Source: Ferroacidibacillus organovorans (lineage in GTDB: Bacteria > Bacillota > Bacilli > Alicyclobacillales > SLC66). From it: a stretch of 55,329 bases of DNA. The DNA lies in contig NZ_LSUQ01000013.1 in NCBI RefSeq assembly GCF_001642725.1, positions 1 through 55,329 of the forward strand. Reading direction: 5' to 3'. Each line of letters starts with the position of its first letter. Positions within the stretch are counted from its first letter, which is position 1. The translations under genes were made by a program, and so were the position numbers. Below the pieces are notes generated by a model, which was not told where the DNA came from, made no database searches, and worked only from the letters and a program-made list of their open reading frames with translations. This document shows, piece by piece, positions 38,451-48,174 of this stretch.

Positions 38451-39326
38451 ATGAAGATTGCGATCGTTACAGATAGTACGGCGAATTTGACAGAAGAAGA
38501 GTGTAAAGCGTGGGGCATTTCGGTGGTTCCACTCTATTTGAATTTGGGCAGTGCCTCGTATCTTGATGGGGTGGAATTGAGCTCTGAGGAATTCTATAAA
38601 CGCATGAAGGACGAGAATACGCTGCCAACAACTTCCCAACCGTCTCCCGGACTATTTTTAGAGACGTTTGAGCGCCTTCTCAAGACGCATGACTGTGTGG
38701 TCGCTGTTTTGTTGAGCGGAAAGCTGAGTGGAACGGTGCACTCTGCCGAGACGGCGCGCGATCTTCTTTGCACCGAGCGCATCCATGTGATTGACTCACA
38801 GGTCGTAGAGTATGCGCTCGGCGCTTTAGTGCTTGAGATGGCAAAGGCCGTGCGGCTTGCGGATGAACAGGGCACAGTGTGTGATGTGCAGGGACTGGTC
38901 GAGCGAATGGCGCAGATTCGCGCGGAGATGCATATGTACATCGCGATGGACTCGCTTGAAAACTTGCGACTTGGTGGCCGAATTGGGGCGGCTGCCGCTC
39001 TGCTCGGCTCGATGATGCAGATAAAGCCTGTGATTTGGCTGAGTGATGGTCAGGTTGGCGTGTTTGAAAAGGTGCGCACGTATAAAAAGGCAGTCGACTC
39101 GATCATGAGTCGGATGTTCGAGCAGATGAGGAACGCAGGGCCGTGCGAAATCATGTTGATTCACAGTGTGACTGATCTCGATGTCGTGAGACGCTGGGTG
39201 GATACGGTCAAAGAAGCGCTTCCTGAGGCGCGTGTATCGTATCGCATGTTGGCGCCGATCGTTGGCGTGCATGTGGGATTTGGGGGACTGGGAGCAATCT
39301 ATTATGCGCGGTGTGAGGCGCAGTGA
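38451..39326 (+). CDS. DegV family fatty-acid-binding protein
   Basis: IVTDST, PTTSQPS, LSGKLSGT, GGRIG, IKP, VHVG. Confidence 0.92.
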   Translation: MKIAIVTDSTANLTEEECKAWGISVVPLYLNLGSASYLDGVELSSEEFYKRMKDENTLPTTSQPSPGLFLETFERLLKTHDCVVAVLLSGKLSGTVHSAETARDLLCTERIHVIDSQVVEYALGALVLEMAKAVRLADEQGTVCDVQGLVERMAQIRAEMHMYIAMDSLENLRLGGRIGAAAALLGSMMQIKPVIWLSDGQVGVFEKVRTYKKAVDSIMSRMFEQMRNAGPCEIMLIHSVTDLDVVRRWVDTVKEALPEARVSYRMLAPIVGVHVGFGGLGAIYYARCEAQ

Positions 39327-40195
39327 GCGGTGAGCGCAGGAGCCGCGCCAGTCGCGATGACCACCGTGCCAGCCGCGATGACCACCGTGCCAGCCCTCAA
39401 ACGATGGGGCAGGTGCGTCGGATGCGTCAGATTCGCCAGGTGCGTCGAGCATTTCGGCGAAAGTATTTCGCGCTTCGCGTGAAGCGGATGACGATGACAC
39501 TGTTTTACCCGATGGCGGCAAAATGTCCGCGCTGTGAGAAGCTGTTTCACCACGTTCCGCTGGATGTGGCAGCTCCGCAATTGTGCAGCGACTGTGACCG
39601 TGATGTCGAACCATTGACCTCTGGAATTTGCTCCGTGTGCGGTCGAAAAACAGCGAACGGAATCTGTCGAGAGTGTGCCAAGGGTGTTCACTCTTTTTTT
39701 GCTGCGAGAGCCTATGCTTCCTATGACGGAACGGCAGAGCACCTTATCAAAGCGCTAAAATATCAGGAAGATTTTCGCGTGTTGCCCATCTTACAGACGT
39801 GGATCTGTGACGCGTACGCCGCGCACTATGGCTATTTCGACATGATCGCGCTTGTTCCCGTCCCCATGTCGATTGAAAAGGAACGAAGTCGCGGATTCAA
39901 CCTCTCCTATGAGCTGGCGCGCGCCGTTGCGCGGCGGTTCCGTTTGCCGATGATCGAACCGCTTTTGCGCATCGCGCAGGATAAGAGTCAGACGGTGCTG
40001 CACGGATGCGAGCGCAGAAACGCGATGGAACACGTGTTTCGCTGTGTCGATGATGCGCGATCGCTCGTTGGCAGGCACCCCTATTTGCTGATCGTTGATG
40101 ATGTGTTGACGACCGGTGGAACGGCTGACGCTTGCGCGCGTCGACTGTTTGAGGTTGGGGCACAGTCCGTGGAAGTTTTGACGATCGCGCGCTAG
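39323..40195 (+). CDS. comFC: ComFC-family double zinc ribbon / phosphoribosyltransferase protein
   Basis: CxxC pairs, LKY, VPVP, RGFN, LIVDDVLTTGGT; start uncertain because of a repetitive N-terminus. Confidence 0.85.
   Translation: MSGERRSRASRDDHRASRDDHRASPQTMGQVRRMRQIRQVRRAFRRKYFALRVKRMTMTLFYPMAAKCPRCEKLFHHVPLDVAAPQLCSDCDRDVEPLTSGICSVCGRKTANGICRECAKGVHSFFAARAYASYDGTAEHLIKALKYQEDFRVLPILQTWICDAYAAHYGYFDMIALVPVPMSIEKERSRGFNLSYELARAVARRFRLPMIEPLLRIAQDKSQTVLHGCERRNAMEHVFRCVDDARSLVGRHPYLLIVDDVLTTGGTADACARRLFEVGAQSVEVLTIAR
39343..39395 (+). repeat. 21-bp tandem repeat, about 2.5 copies
   Basis: CCGyGCCAGyCGCGATGACCA twice plus CCGTGCCAGCC; encodes RASRDDH in the comFC frame. Confidence 0.8.
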
Positions 40196-40262
40196 TCTTG
40201 TAAATTATCCCATAGAGAAGTAGAGTATGAATAGAGATCTTCTATGAGGGGAGACCGCGAAA

Positions 40263-40649
40263 GTGATGTTGGCCAACTGTGAAGTATGCAACCGTCTATT
40301 TGCACAAACTGTCAGTCCTATGTGTCCGGATTGTGCAAAAAAAGAAGAGGACGATTTTGAACGAGTATCGCATTACTTGCGAGAAAATCGACAAGCAACG
40401 ATTAATGAAATTGTTGATGCATTAGAAGTGCCAAAAGGGCTCATTCTAAAATTCTTGAGAATGGGTCGACTTGAGCAGAGGGAATCTCTTAGTTATCCTT
40501 GTGAGGGTTGTAGTACGTTAATAACAAAAGGAAACTATTGTGAAATTTGTCAAGTGAAAAAACAGTTGATCATGGATCAAGTATCCAGTGGATTAAAGCG
40601 TACAAATTCAAAATCATCGAATGGATCCTATTATAGTCGCTCTCATTAA
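40263..40649 (+). CDS. yvyF: YvyF-like flagellar operon zinc-binding protein
   Basis: LANCEVCNRLF, CPDC, FERVSHYLREN, FLRMGRL; follows comFC. Confidence 0.8.
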   Translation: MMLANCEVCNRLFAQTVSPMCPDCAKKEEDDFERVSHYLRENRQATINEIVDALEVPKGLILKFLRMGRLEQRESLSYPCEGCSTLITKGNYCEICQVKKQLIMDQVSSGLKRTNSKSSNGSYYSRSH

Positions 40650-40677
40650 TAAGGGTGAGACGAGGAAAATCCTCTTC

Positions 40678-41046
40678 TCACTCTTTCACTTGAGCCCATG
40701 TTTTGGCCCAGCTCTCCCAAAATTCAATCGCACTTGCACGCTCTTCTGATTGTTCATCAATGATGTTTGGTTGCATGTACCAATTTATGCTCAGTCGATA
40801 GAAATAGGCGTACGTTTGATCCGTTTTCTGGGCTGCTTCTAGCGTAAGATCAAGCGAAGAGCGCAAAAAGGAGATAATCTCCTGCAATTGTTCAATTTTG
40901 GCTCGTCCCTCCATCACTTGATGATTGAGCGCGTCGGTGTGAATGCCGCGAACAAGGATTGCTGCCTTTTCGTGTAGTTGAGATAATTGCACATGTAAAG
41001 GTGTGGTCATCACACTTTGCGTTTGGTAAGATGCGATACGGTTCAT
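40678..41046 (-). CDS. fliS: FliS-like flagellin chaperone, in-frame internal start
   Basis: AAGGGAG 8 nt before ATG 41046; SYQTQSVMTTP, QEIISFLRSSLD, YAYFYRL, terminal W..TWAQ match the FliS pattern. Confidence 0.7.
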   Translation of the reverse strand: MNRIASYQTQSVMTTPLHVQLSQLHEKAAILVRGIHTDALNHQVMEGRAKIEQLQEIISFLRSSLDLTLEAAQKTDQTYAYFYRLSINWYMQPNIIDEQSEERASAIEFWESWAKTWAQVKE

Positions 41047-42933
41047 AAAAAGCTCTCCCTTCTTGGTTTGGATCATTTGTCCAAGCTGTTTGCTAATATT
41101 TTGTAATAGCTGCGAATCTGGAAACAGTGTCAAGCCGTCTTCAACGTGTTTAAGCGCTTTTTCCGTTTGATTTTTTTGCAATAATAAATCACACTCCAGT
41201 GCGATTTTTGAAATGGTCACGGGTGTTTCGAGGCTTTTTACGATGAGTGCCTCGACGAGTGGAAAGTGTCCTTTTTGAAAGGAAGATAATGCATCCCATT
41301 CTAGCCATAGACTGTGTTCTTGCAAGGGACGGCAACCTTTGAAAATGTCTTTACGCGAGGTGTGTCTAAACCACCCATAAAAGTGATCGGCGTCTTCTGC
41401 GTATGGAAAAAGTAATGCAATGAGTGGGTAGGCGCGCGCGGCGATCAGATCCTTGATCACGCCGCTGAGAAGGCCGCCCTGAGAGGGCGTTCTGATCCAC
41501 GCTGCGAGGTTTCGGCCGCGACTGGTATGATCAAGTAATGAATAGCCAACTTCTTCACGGCCCTCCACCACGTGGATGATCCCGTTTATAACACGTGTCA
41601 TTTCATCATCAGAATTTGCATACGCAGATCGAAGCAGTGTGTACTTATCTTCGCAGTCCGTGAACCACATGCCTCGCTGAATCCATTCGGTTTTACCGAC
41701 GCGTGCCGCAATTCGTTCGATTACGTTTTCAGCGCCCGGCAAACGAAAGAGTGCGTACGATTCAGCGTAGATAGAGAGGCACAGCGCATCTTGAATTCTT
41801 GACTCAATATTTGTTTTGAGGAAGTCTTCATTTGCGGGCATGAGACTCAATAGATACGGAATAACGGTGTCAAAGGATGGATTTTCAAGAAAGGATTGCA
41901 AATACCATTTCTGTGCGGTGACAGGGTCACCGAGATGCATATAACACATCCCCATGTCAAAGGAACTATAAAAAGTGGACATTCCTTCCAATGTATCGAC
42001 AAAACTGAGCTTAGGTTCACCTACTCGTTTGCATTCCTTTAAGACTTGAATTGCCTTTTGGTAATTTCCCTTTCCCATATAGGCAATTGCCATTTTTCGA
42101 TAGAGTTCTGCGATATAAGGAAAGCGCGTCACGCCTTGCTCTGCGATCATGATCGCTCTATCCCAATCTTTTAATTCTGAGGCTGCTAAGGAACTGATGT
42201 TAAATAACCTCGGTAAATATAAAGGGAGCGCATCTGCAGACAAATCTTTTACCAGATCATATGTTTCTTCATAAAGTGGGAGGACATTTTTAAAATCTCC
42301 GATTCGCGCATACTCTACAATCATGTTTACAAGATGAAAGGGGTCAGACCGAGTTTGATCAAGTTGTTCTTTAAGCATGGCCATGTTTCGTTCGGGTTTC
42401 CTTTTGTGGGCAACAAATTCGCTGATATATCCAACATGGTGTATGGTGATAGGTGAGAACATAATATTATGGAACTCATGGTTTGTACCCAGATCAATTT
42501 GCTCATGAATGGAACCCGTATAGCGGTGTTTTTGCTTGAAGATTCTAACGGATTGTATAGGTGACGTTTTTGTTAATTTATTTACGCTACCCAAATAGTT
42601 GACGATTTGGACAAGGTAACCGTCAGCGGAGTTTGCTTCAAGAAAGGTGCGTATTTCAATCTGATCTTCTTCTTTAAAGTACTCGTCCGCATCAATGGTT
42701 AAAATATAGGTACCTTGAGCTGCTTCAATTGCTTTATTACGAGCGTTTGAGAAATTCCCATCCCACGTATAGTGAATGATATGTGCTTCATGATTTTTGG
42801 CGATTTCGAGTGATCGATCTGTACTTCCTGTGTCTGCAATGATGATTTCGTCTGCAATTCCTTTGAGCGAACGGAGGCATCGATCCAGGAGTAATTCTTC
42901 ATTTTTAATAATGAGGCAGGCTGTTAACAGCAT
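40678..42933 (-). CDS. GT2 glycosyltransferase with TPR repeats fused to C-terminal FliS-like chaperone domain
   Basis: CLIIKNEE, DTGSTD, FSNARN, IDADE, IHEQ, HVGY; TPR region; last 122 aa FliS-like. Confidence 0.85.
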   Translation of the reverse strand: MLLTACLIIKNEELLLDRCLRSLKGIADEIIIADTGSTDRSLEIAKNHEAHIIHYTWDGNFSNARNKAIEAAQGTYILTIDADEYFKEEDQIEIRTFLEANSADGYLVQIVNYLGSVNKLTKTSPIQSVRIFKQKHRYTGSIHEQIDLGTNHEFHNIMFSPITIHHVGYISEFVAHKRKPERNMAMLKEQLDQTRSDPFHLVNMIVEYARIGDFKNVLPLYEETYDLVKDLSADALPLYLPRLFNISSLAASELKDWDRAIMIAEQGVTRFPYIAELYRKMAIAYMGKGNYQKAIQVLKECKRVGEPKLSFVDTLEGMSTFYSSFDMGMCYMHLGDPVTAQKWYLQSFLENPSFDTVIPYLLSLMPANEDFLKTNIESRIQDALCLSIYAESYALFRLPGAENVIERIAARVGKTEWIQRGMWFTDCEDKYTLLRSAYANSDDEMTRVINGIIHVVEGREEVGYSLLDHTSRGRNLAAWIRTPSQGGLLSGVIKDLIAARAYPLIALLFPYAEDADHFYGWFRHTSRKDIFKGCRPLQEHSLWLEWDALSSFQKGHFPLVEALIVKSLETPVTISKIALECDLLLQKNQTEKALKHVEDGLTLFPDSQLLQNISKQLGQMIQTKKGELFMNRIASYQTQSVMTTPLHVQLSQLHEKAAILVRGIHTDALNHQVMEGRAKIEQLQEIISFLRSSLDLTLEAAQKTDQTYAYFYRLSINWYMQPNIIDEQSEERASAIEFWESWAKTWAQVKE

Positions 42934-42944
42934 GGTAAAACTCC

Positions 42945-43271
42945 TTATTCAAATTTCCGGCTGGACATTGATTGATTCATTTGGTATGCGCGAAGTGCAG
43001 GGCTCGCTTTTACAAATGACGAAAACTCTTGACTGTTTTGCTTAATGATTACCGAGATTCGTTCGGCAATCTCCTGCGTTTCGTCATAGAGTTTATTGAG
43101 TTGTAACTCGGAAATTGTATCACTCTGTAAAGAGAGCACCAATTTCTGTAGGATAGACGTACGTTCGTAAGCGAGATACGGTAGAGTCTCTACTCTACCG
43201 TTATCGATTGCAAGAAGTACCTCTTGATATAAAGCGTGTGCTCGCTCAACCATCTCATGCGCCGAGATCAT
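42945..43271 (-). CDS. Small helical protein, FliT-like by position and size
   Basis: 108 aa, helical, overlaps the fliD stop. Confidence 0.5.
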   Translation of the reverse strand: MISAHEMVERAHALYQEVLLAIDNGRVETLPYLAYERTSILQKLVLSLQSDTISELQLNKLYDETQEIAERISVIIKQNSQEFSSFVKASPALRAYQMNQSMSSRKFE

Positions 43272-44776
43272 GGTATAGCTGGTGCACTGCTTGAGGATGA
43301 AGCGCTAGAGCCGCCTCCGCCCATAAGTGAGGATAACAAGCTCATCTGTGACTGACTGTGCGCTAATGCGGTATTCAACGCATTGAGTTGGGCAGCGAAG
43401 TTCTGGACTTGCGCAGTAATTTGTTGATTAACTGTGGTCAAATAGTTTGAGATCGACGTTTGCTGCGCGCTGATGCTTGTCAATTCGGTTCCGATCTCAC
43501 CAGAACCAGCGATCGTTCCGTACCTGCTTAGCATCGTGGATACGTTCCCTAGAAGACCGCTTACGGGATATGCACTGGATGAGGTAATACCACTCACAAC
43601 GCCAAAGAAAGATTCAACAGCATTTTGATTTGAAGTGAGAGCTTGTGTAAACAAGGTCTGTCCGTTCTGGAGGGGTGCGCCACCAGCCTGAAACCCTGCA
43701 GAGGGTTGAAATTCGAGATGGCCTGTTGTGGGATCTGTGACAATTCCGATTTGCGCAAGCGCAGAAATTGTCCCACTCCCAACAGATTGATTGAGCGAAT
43801 TGGGCAGTTCAAAAAGTAATTGATTTGTGACCCCGTCTGAAAAAAGAGGGCCAACACTAGCTGCTGTATTACCGCTAGCAGGAGTATACGCTGTGCCACT
43901 GTGTATAAGATCGATGAGAGAGTTATAGGCGGACATCCACGATTGTACAGATTGAATCACACTGCTTGTATTCTGGGAAATTTGAACTGACGATGTCCCT
44001 CCTGACTGCAGTGCAGTGAATGTGACGTCAGGAATCGCATTGGAAAATGTATTGGTCTGCGATTGGACATTGATTGAGCCATCGATTGTGGCAGCTGCGT
44101 TTTGGGCAGTGACGGTTGCTGTTGATGCGGAGAGCTGGCTTGCACCTGTTGAAGTTGCTGAATCAGACAGTGTAAAGGAATTTGACAGACCCGTCTGTGT
44201 CGATTGAAACATCAACTCGTAAGGCGTTGAAGAACTTCCGGTATTGATTACGCTTGCTTGAACTGCGGTCGTCGCATTGTTCACGGCAGCTGCAATTGCT
44301 GAGAGACTCTCACCAGATGTTATTGAAATGGTGACTCCGCTTTGTCCACTTGGCGTGATTGAGAGACTTCCGCTTGCCAGTGTGGAACTTGCAGTGGCAG
44401 AAGACTGATGACCTGCCGTGGCTACATTGACTTGAGCCTGCGCGAGCTGTGTCACTGCGATCGTGTAGTTTGAATTAAGCGCACCCGCTGTAGCAGAAAC
44501 GGCAATGACCGCTGAATTTGAATTGGTAACATTGACAGGATTCCACGTTAATGTGCTTGCCAATGTATTACTCGCGTTTTGAAATGCGCTGAGCGCGGAC
44601 TGAAGCGATGTTAATGCGGTTTGCGTTCCGGACAGTGTGGCAAGCTCTGAAGTGGAAACACCGGTTAGTTGGGCAGTCAAAACCTTTTGCAGGTCCGTTG
44701 TATACTGCGTAACGGGAACGCCAATCCCACCTGGATTCGGAATTGTATTCAATTGTTGCAAGAGGTTGACGGACAT
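43268..44776 (-). CDS. fliD: Flagellar filament cap protein
   Basis: YTIAVTQLAQAQ, AQNAAATIDG, TNTFSNAIPDVT, AYNSLI, GPLFSD; follows flagellin. Confidence 0.85.
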   Translation of the reverse strand: MSVNLLQQLNTIPNPGGIGVPVTQYTTDLQKVLTAQLTGVSTSELATLSGTQTALTSLQSALSAFQNASNTLASTLTWNPVNVTNSNSAVIAVSATAGALNSNYTIAVTQLAQAQVNVATAGHQSSATASSTLASGSLSITPSGQSGVTISITSGESLSAIAAAVNNATTAVQASVINTGSSSTPYELMFQSTQTGLSNSFTLSDSATSTGASQLSASTATVTAQNAAATIDGSINVQSQTNTFSNAIPDVTFTALQSGGTSSVQISQNTSSVIQSVQSWMSAYNSLIDLIHSGTAYTPASGNTAASVGPLFSDGVTNQLLFELPNSLNQSVGSGTISALAQIGIVTDPTTGHLEFQPSAGFQAGGAPLQNGQTLFTQALTSNQNAVESFFGVVSGITSSSAYPVSGLLGNVSTMLSRYGTIAGSGEIGTELTSISAQQTSISNYLTTVNQQITAQVQNFAAQLNALNTALAHSQSQMSLLSSLMGGGGSSASSSSSAPAIP

Positions 44777-44803
44777 ACGCTCATCTCCTTAAGGTCTTAG
44801 GGA

Positions 44804-44829
44804 GGACTCGGGCGGTGAAGCCCGAGTCC
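44804..44829 (-). other. GC-rich hairpin without U-tail between flagellin and fliD
   Basis: GGACTCGGGC-6nt-GCCCGAGTCC perfect 10-bp stem. Confidence 0.6.
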
Positions 44830-44845
44830 ATCGTGTCTGCGAAGA

Positions 44846-45685
44846 TTAGCTAAGTAATTTGAGGATTGCTGCAGGCTGTTGTTGCGCCTGGCCAAGCATC
44901 GAAAGACCAACTTGCTGAAGAACTTGGTTCTGGCTGAACTGCGTATAGGCGGCCGCCATGTTCGTGTTCGTGATAACGGACTGCGCGTTTGAAAGGTTTT
45001 GCGATTCATTCTGAAGGCCGGTAATGCGATAGTTCAACTGATCCTGAACAGAGCCTAGGCTCGCTTGGTTGCTCGACAATAGGGAAATTGCCGATTGGAT
45101 TGCGGAAATTGCAGAAAGCGCAGCCGATTGGGATGTAATGTTGACAGATGCTGCAGATACGCCGAGTGAAGCTGACGTGATGTTATAAAGACTGAATGCG
45201 AGTTGGGACAGGCTAGATGAGTCAAACCCGACTTGCAATGTGACGACTGCGGAACTGGATCCATTGAGCAGGTGAATGGTGTTGAATTGTGTGCTGTTTG
45301 CCGTATTATCTACCTGAGAGACAAGGGCGTTCATCTCAGACTGCAGGTTGTTTAGATCCGCCGTATTCTGTGTTCCGTTGGCCGCTTCGACAGCAAGGCT
45401 GTTCATGGTTTGCAGAATGCCTTCGACCTGGTTCATCGAGCCTGTCGCAGTCTGAATCAAACTAACGCCTTGTTGAGCGTTTTGCACAGCTGTGTTGAGT
45501 CCGTTGACCTGGGAGGTCATCTGCTGGGAGATCGCATATCCAGCAGGATTGTCAGCAGCCGAGTTGATGCTGTTGCCAGATGATAATTGGGTGTAGGACG
45601 TGTTGATGTTGTTTTGAACGTAGTTCAAGTTGGACAAAATATTGGATGCTGCCGAGTTGTTGTTTACACTGAAATTGACTGACAT
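44846..45685 (-). CDS. fliC: Flagellin
   Basis: LSSG.SINSAADNPAG, QFN...LLNG, LQVG, LGSVQ, VLQQ...MLGQAQQQP..ILKLL. Confidence 0.92.
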   Translation of the reverse strand: MSVNFSVNNNSAASNILSNLNYVQNNINTSYTQLSSGNSINSAADNPAGYAISQQMTSQVNGLNTAVQNAQQGVSLIQTATGSMNQVEGILQTMNSLAVEAANGTQNTADLNNLQSEMNALVSQVDNTANSTQFNTIHLLNGSSSAVVTLQVGFDSSSLSQLAFSLYNITSASLGVSAASVNITSQSAALSAISAIQSAISLLSSNQASLGSVQDQLNYRITGLQNESQNLSNAQSVITNTNMAAAYTQFSQNQVLQQVGLSMLGQAQQQPAAILKLLS

Positions 45686-45724
45686 CTAGACACACCTTCC
45701 TGTATAATAGAATGGGGTAAAAAA

Positions 45725-46636
45725 TTAACCGTTTGGCAAATAGGTGACGAGAGATGGCAACAGGATGCTTGCGCCCATCTTCAACGCAGCCTGATAGACG
45801 GTCTGGTCTGTGTTGAATTGAGTAATGACTTGCGCCATGTTCGCGTCTTGGATCACCCCCTTATCCGTACTCAGTGTTTGTGCGTACGTTGATAACTGGT
45901 TTTGTAAAGCGGTCAATCGATCCTGCCTGGCACCTACAGAAGCATTAAGGTCGGAGACCTGGCTGATGTTTGCCTGCAGGTTTGAAAGATCGCTTTGCAG
46001 AGCTGCGTTTGTTCCTGACGCGAGGTCGCTCGCGATGTTTGAAAGTGTCGTCTGTAAGTCTTGCGTTGCCCCGCTTGGCGTCGATTGCATAATCGAAGTT
46101 GCCGTCACATTGATAGATACCTGGATGCCGTTTGCGACCGTGTATTGAATCGATCCTGACGCACCACTTGGTGAGGTTCCTGTCGATAATGCATAACTCG
46201 AAGGTTGGACCTGATCAGCAAAGCCCCCGAAGAGATAGCGATTCTCTACTTTCGTATTGAGCAATTGACCGAGATTGCTCACGTCACTTTGTGCGACGTT
46301 GGCAAGCGCCTGACGGGCAGAGGAACTCGCTGTTGGCGCGTTTAAACCTTCTAGTACAGTAGACTGCAGTGATTGCAGTGTGGTCATCATCGTTTGAAGT
46401 GTGTTACTCGAATTGCTGAGCCACATTTGACCTGCTGCAATCGTTCCTGAATAGGCTGTCGTCTCTGAAAGCGATGCGCGAATGGCCATATCTTGAGAAA
46501 CGGCTAAAGGATTGTCGGAAGGCTGATTTAACGTTTTGCCTGTTGAAAGCTCGAGTTGTAGTGTCTGCATGTTTGCGTTTGCTTGCGTTAAGTTGTATAA
46601 AAATTGGCTTTGCATCATGGACTCTGTGACTCGCAT
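45725..46636 (-). CDS. flgL: Flagellar hook-filament junction protein FlgL
   Basis: MRVT, LSTGK..NQPSDNP, RYLFGG, YQAALK...LPSLVTYL. Confidence 0.9.
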   Translation of the reverse strand: MRVTESMMQSQFLYNLTQANANMQTLQLELSTGKTLNQPSDNPLAVSQDMAIRASLSETTAYSGTIAAGQMWLSNSSNTLQTMMTTLQSLQSTVLEGLNAPTASSSARQALANVAQSDVSNLGQLLNTKVENRYLFGGFADQVQPSSYALSTGTSPSGASGSIQYTVANGIQVSINVTATSIMQSTPSGATQDLQTTLSNIASDLASGTNAALQSDLSNLQANISQVSDLNASVGARQDRLTALQNQLSTYAQTLSTDKGVIQDANMAQVITQFNTDQTVYQAALKMGASILLPSLVTYLPNG

Positions 46637-46649
46637 CTTTTTCCCTCCC

Positions 46650-48161
46650 TTATGGAACGATTCCTAACAAGGTCTGCATCATCGCATTAAACACGGTGAT
46701 ATATTTGGCGGCGGCTCCGTAAGCGTTTTGGTACTGAACCATGAGTGACGCCTGTTGGTTTATATCAACACTAGAAACGGACTGACGCAGTGTTGATGAC
46801 TGTTGAGCGAGCGCCTGAGCGGTCTGGGCGTTATTCTGAACATTTGCGGTTTCGTTTCCGAGTGAAGAAGTCATTTGTGAAATGAGTTGATCTAATGTTC
46901 CTGTTGCGCTTGTTGAAGAGCTTGTTCCACTCGGAGAAGCGATCGTGTAAGAAATTGTGTAGCTCGTATTTTGTTGTGAAGCTAAATAAGATGCAAAATT
47001 ACCGTTCCCGGTTTGGCCGGGAGGTGGGGCGTCAGAGGCCGGCACTGTGTTAGGTGTAATTCCGGAATTTACGCTAAGAATTGCATTGCCGAATGCGTCT
47101 GTTGTGACCGTAAAGAACTGCGGACTCGGTGTGCCTGAATTGATGGGGTAACCTGTAATCGTTGTTCCGCTCGAAGTCGTTCCTGGATTTGTAAATGTTG
47201 AACTGATCTGATTTGCGATACTGCTCAATTGCGATAAGTAATTTCCTGTATCCGTCAATCCCTGACTATCTCCGGCAATCTGTCCGCTGCCGATCAACAG
47301 GTTTACTGAACCTGGTGTTTGCCCCGAAGCGGGTGTTGTGGGCGAATTGATCATCGTTGTGGTAGACGTCCCTGTCGACGAATTGACGATGGTTACAGAG
47401 CCAATCATGACGTTAACCGCTTCGCTTGGTATCGTTCCTGTACCGGAAGGAGAAGGGAATGCATTTGAGGATTGAGTGATTGTGATATTCGCGAGCTTAG
47501 CCATTTTATCGAGAATTGCGCCTCGTTGATCAAGAAGCGTGTTTGGACTCTGTAAGTTCTTTTGGACTGCAAGTATTTGATTGTTTAGTGTTGCCACTTG
47601 CGTTGCATACTGGTTGAACTGCGTGTACTCCTGGGTCACTTGAGACTGAAGGTTGGTTTGAACGGTTTCTAATTGGCTCGTGATCGTTTGCAAGGTTTGC
47701 GCCAATCCTTGGCCTTGAGTAATCACAGATTGACGCGCGGCTGTGCTTGAAGGGTCAGTCGAGAGTGTTTGCCAAGATGCGAAAAATTGGTCGAGCGATG
47801 TTTGAACACTCATGGAACTAGGTTCATTGAGTATACCTTCAATTTGAGTGAGTATCGTTTGATGCGCATTATACATTGCAGAGGTGCCTTGATTTGCTCG
47901 ATCCTGCTCATTATAAAAAGCGTTGATTTGTCGCGATACGGATGTGATTGAGGAACCTTGTCCCATTTGTCCGCCTATGAGCAATCCAACCTGTGTGGAT
48001 GCTGGCGGGAAAGGCGTTGCTTCTGTCGCGTTAGCCGTCTCCTGCACGTAGCCAGGGGTATTAGCGTTTGCGATGTTATTTGCAATCACATCTTCGGTTT
48101 GTTGTGCGCTGTTCAGCGCGCTCATTCCTACATTTAGGGCGTAAAATGTTGATATGTTCAT
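46650..48161 (-). CDS. flgK: Flagellar hook-associated protein FlgK
   Basis: NNIANANTPGY, FFASWQTLS.DP, LLDQR, RQSVSSVD, YQNAY.AAAK. Confidence 0.9.
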   Translation of the reverse strand: MNISTFYALNVGMSALNSAQQTEDVIANNIANANTPGYVQETANATEATPFPPASTQVGLLIGGQMGQGSSITSVSRQINAFYNEQDRANQGTSAMYNAHQTILTQIEGILNEPSSMSVQTSLDQFFASWQTLSTDPSSTAARQSVITQGQGLAQTLQTITSQLETVQTNLQSQVTQEYTQFNQYATQVATLNNQILAVQKNLQSPNTLLDQRGAILDKMAKLANITITQSSNAFPSPSGTGTIPSEAVNVMIGSVTIVNSSTGTSTTTMINSPTTPASGQTPGSVNLLIGSGQIAGDSQGLTDTGNYLSQLSSIANQISSTFTNPGTTSSGTTITGYPINSGTPSPQFFTVTTDAFGNAILSVNSGITPNTVPASDAPPPGQTGNGNFASYLASQQNTSYTISYTIASPSGTSSSTSATGTLDQLISQMTSSLGNETANVQNNAQTAQALAQQSSTLRQSVSSVDINQQASLMVQYQNAYGAAAKYITVFNAMMQTLLGIVP

Positions 48162-48174
48162 CGTTTTTCACCTC

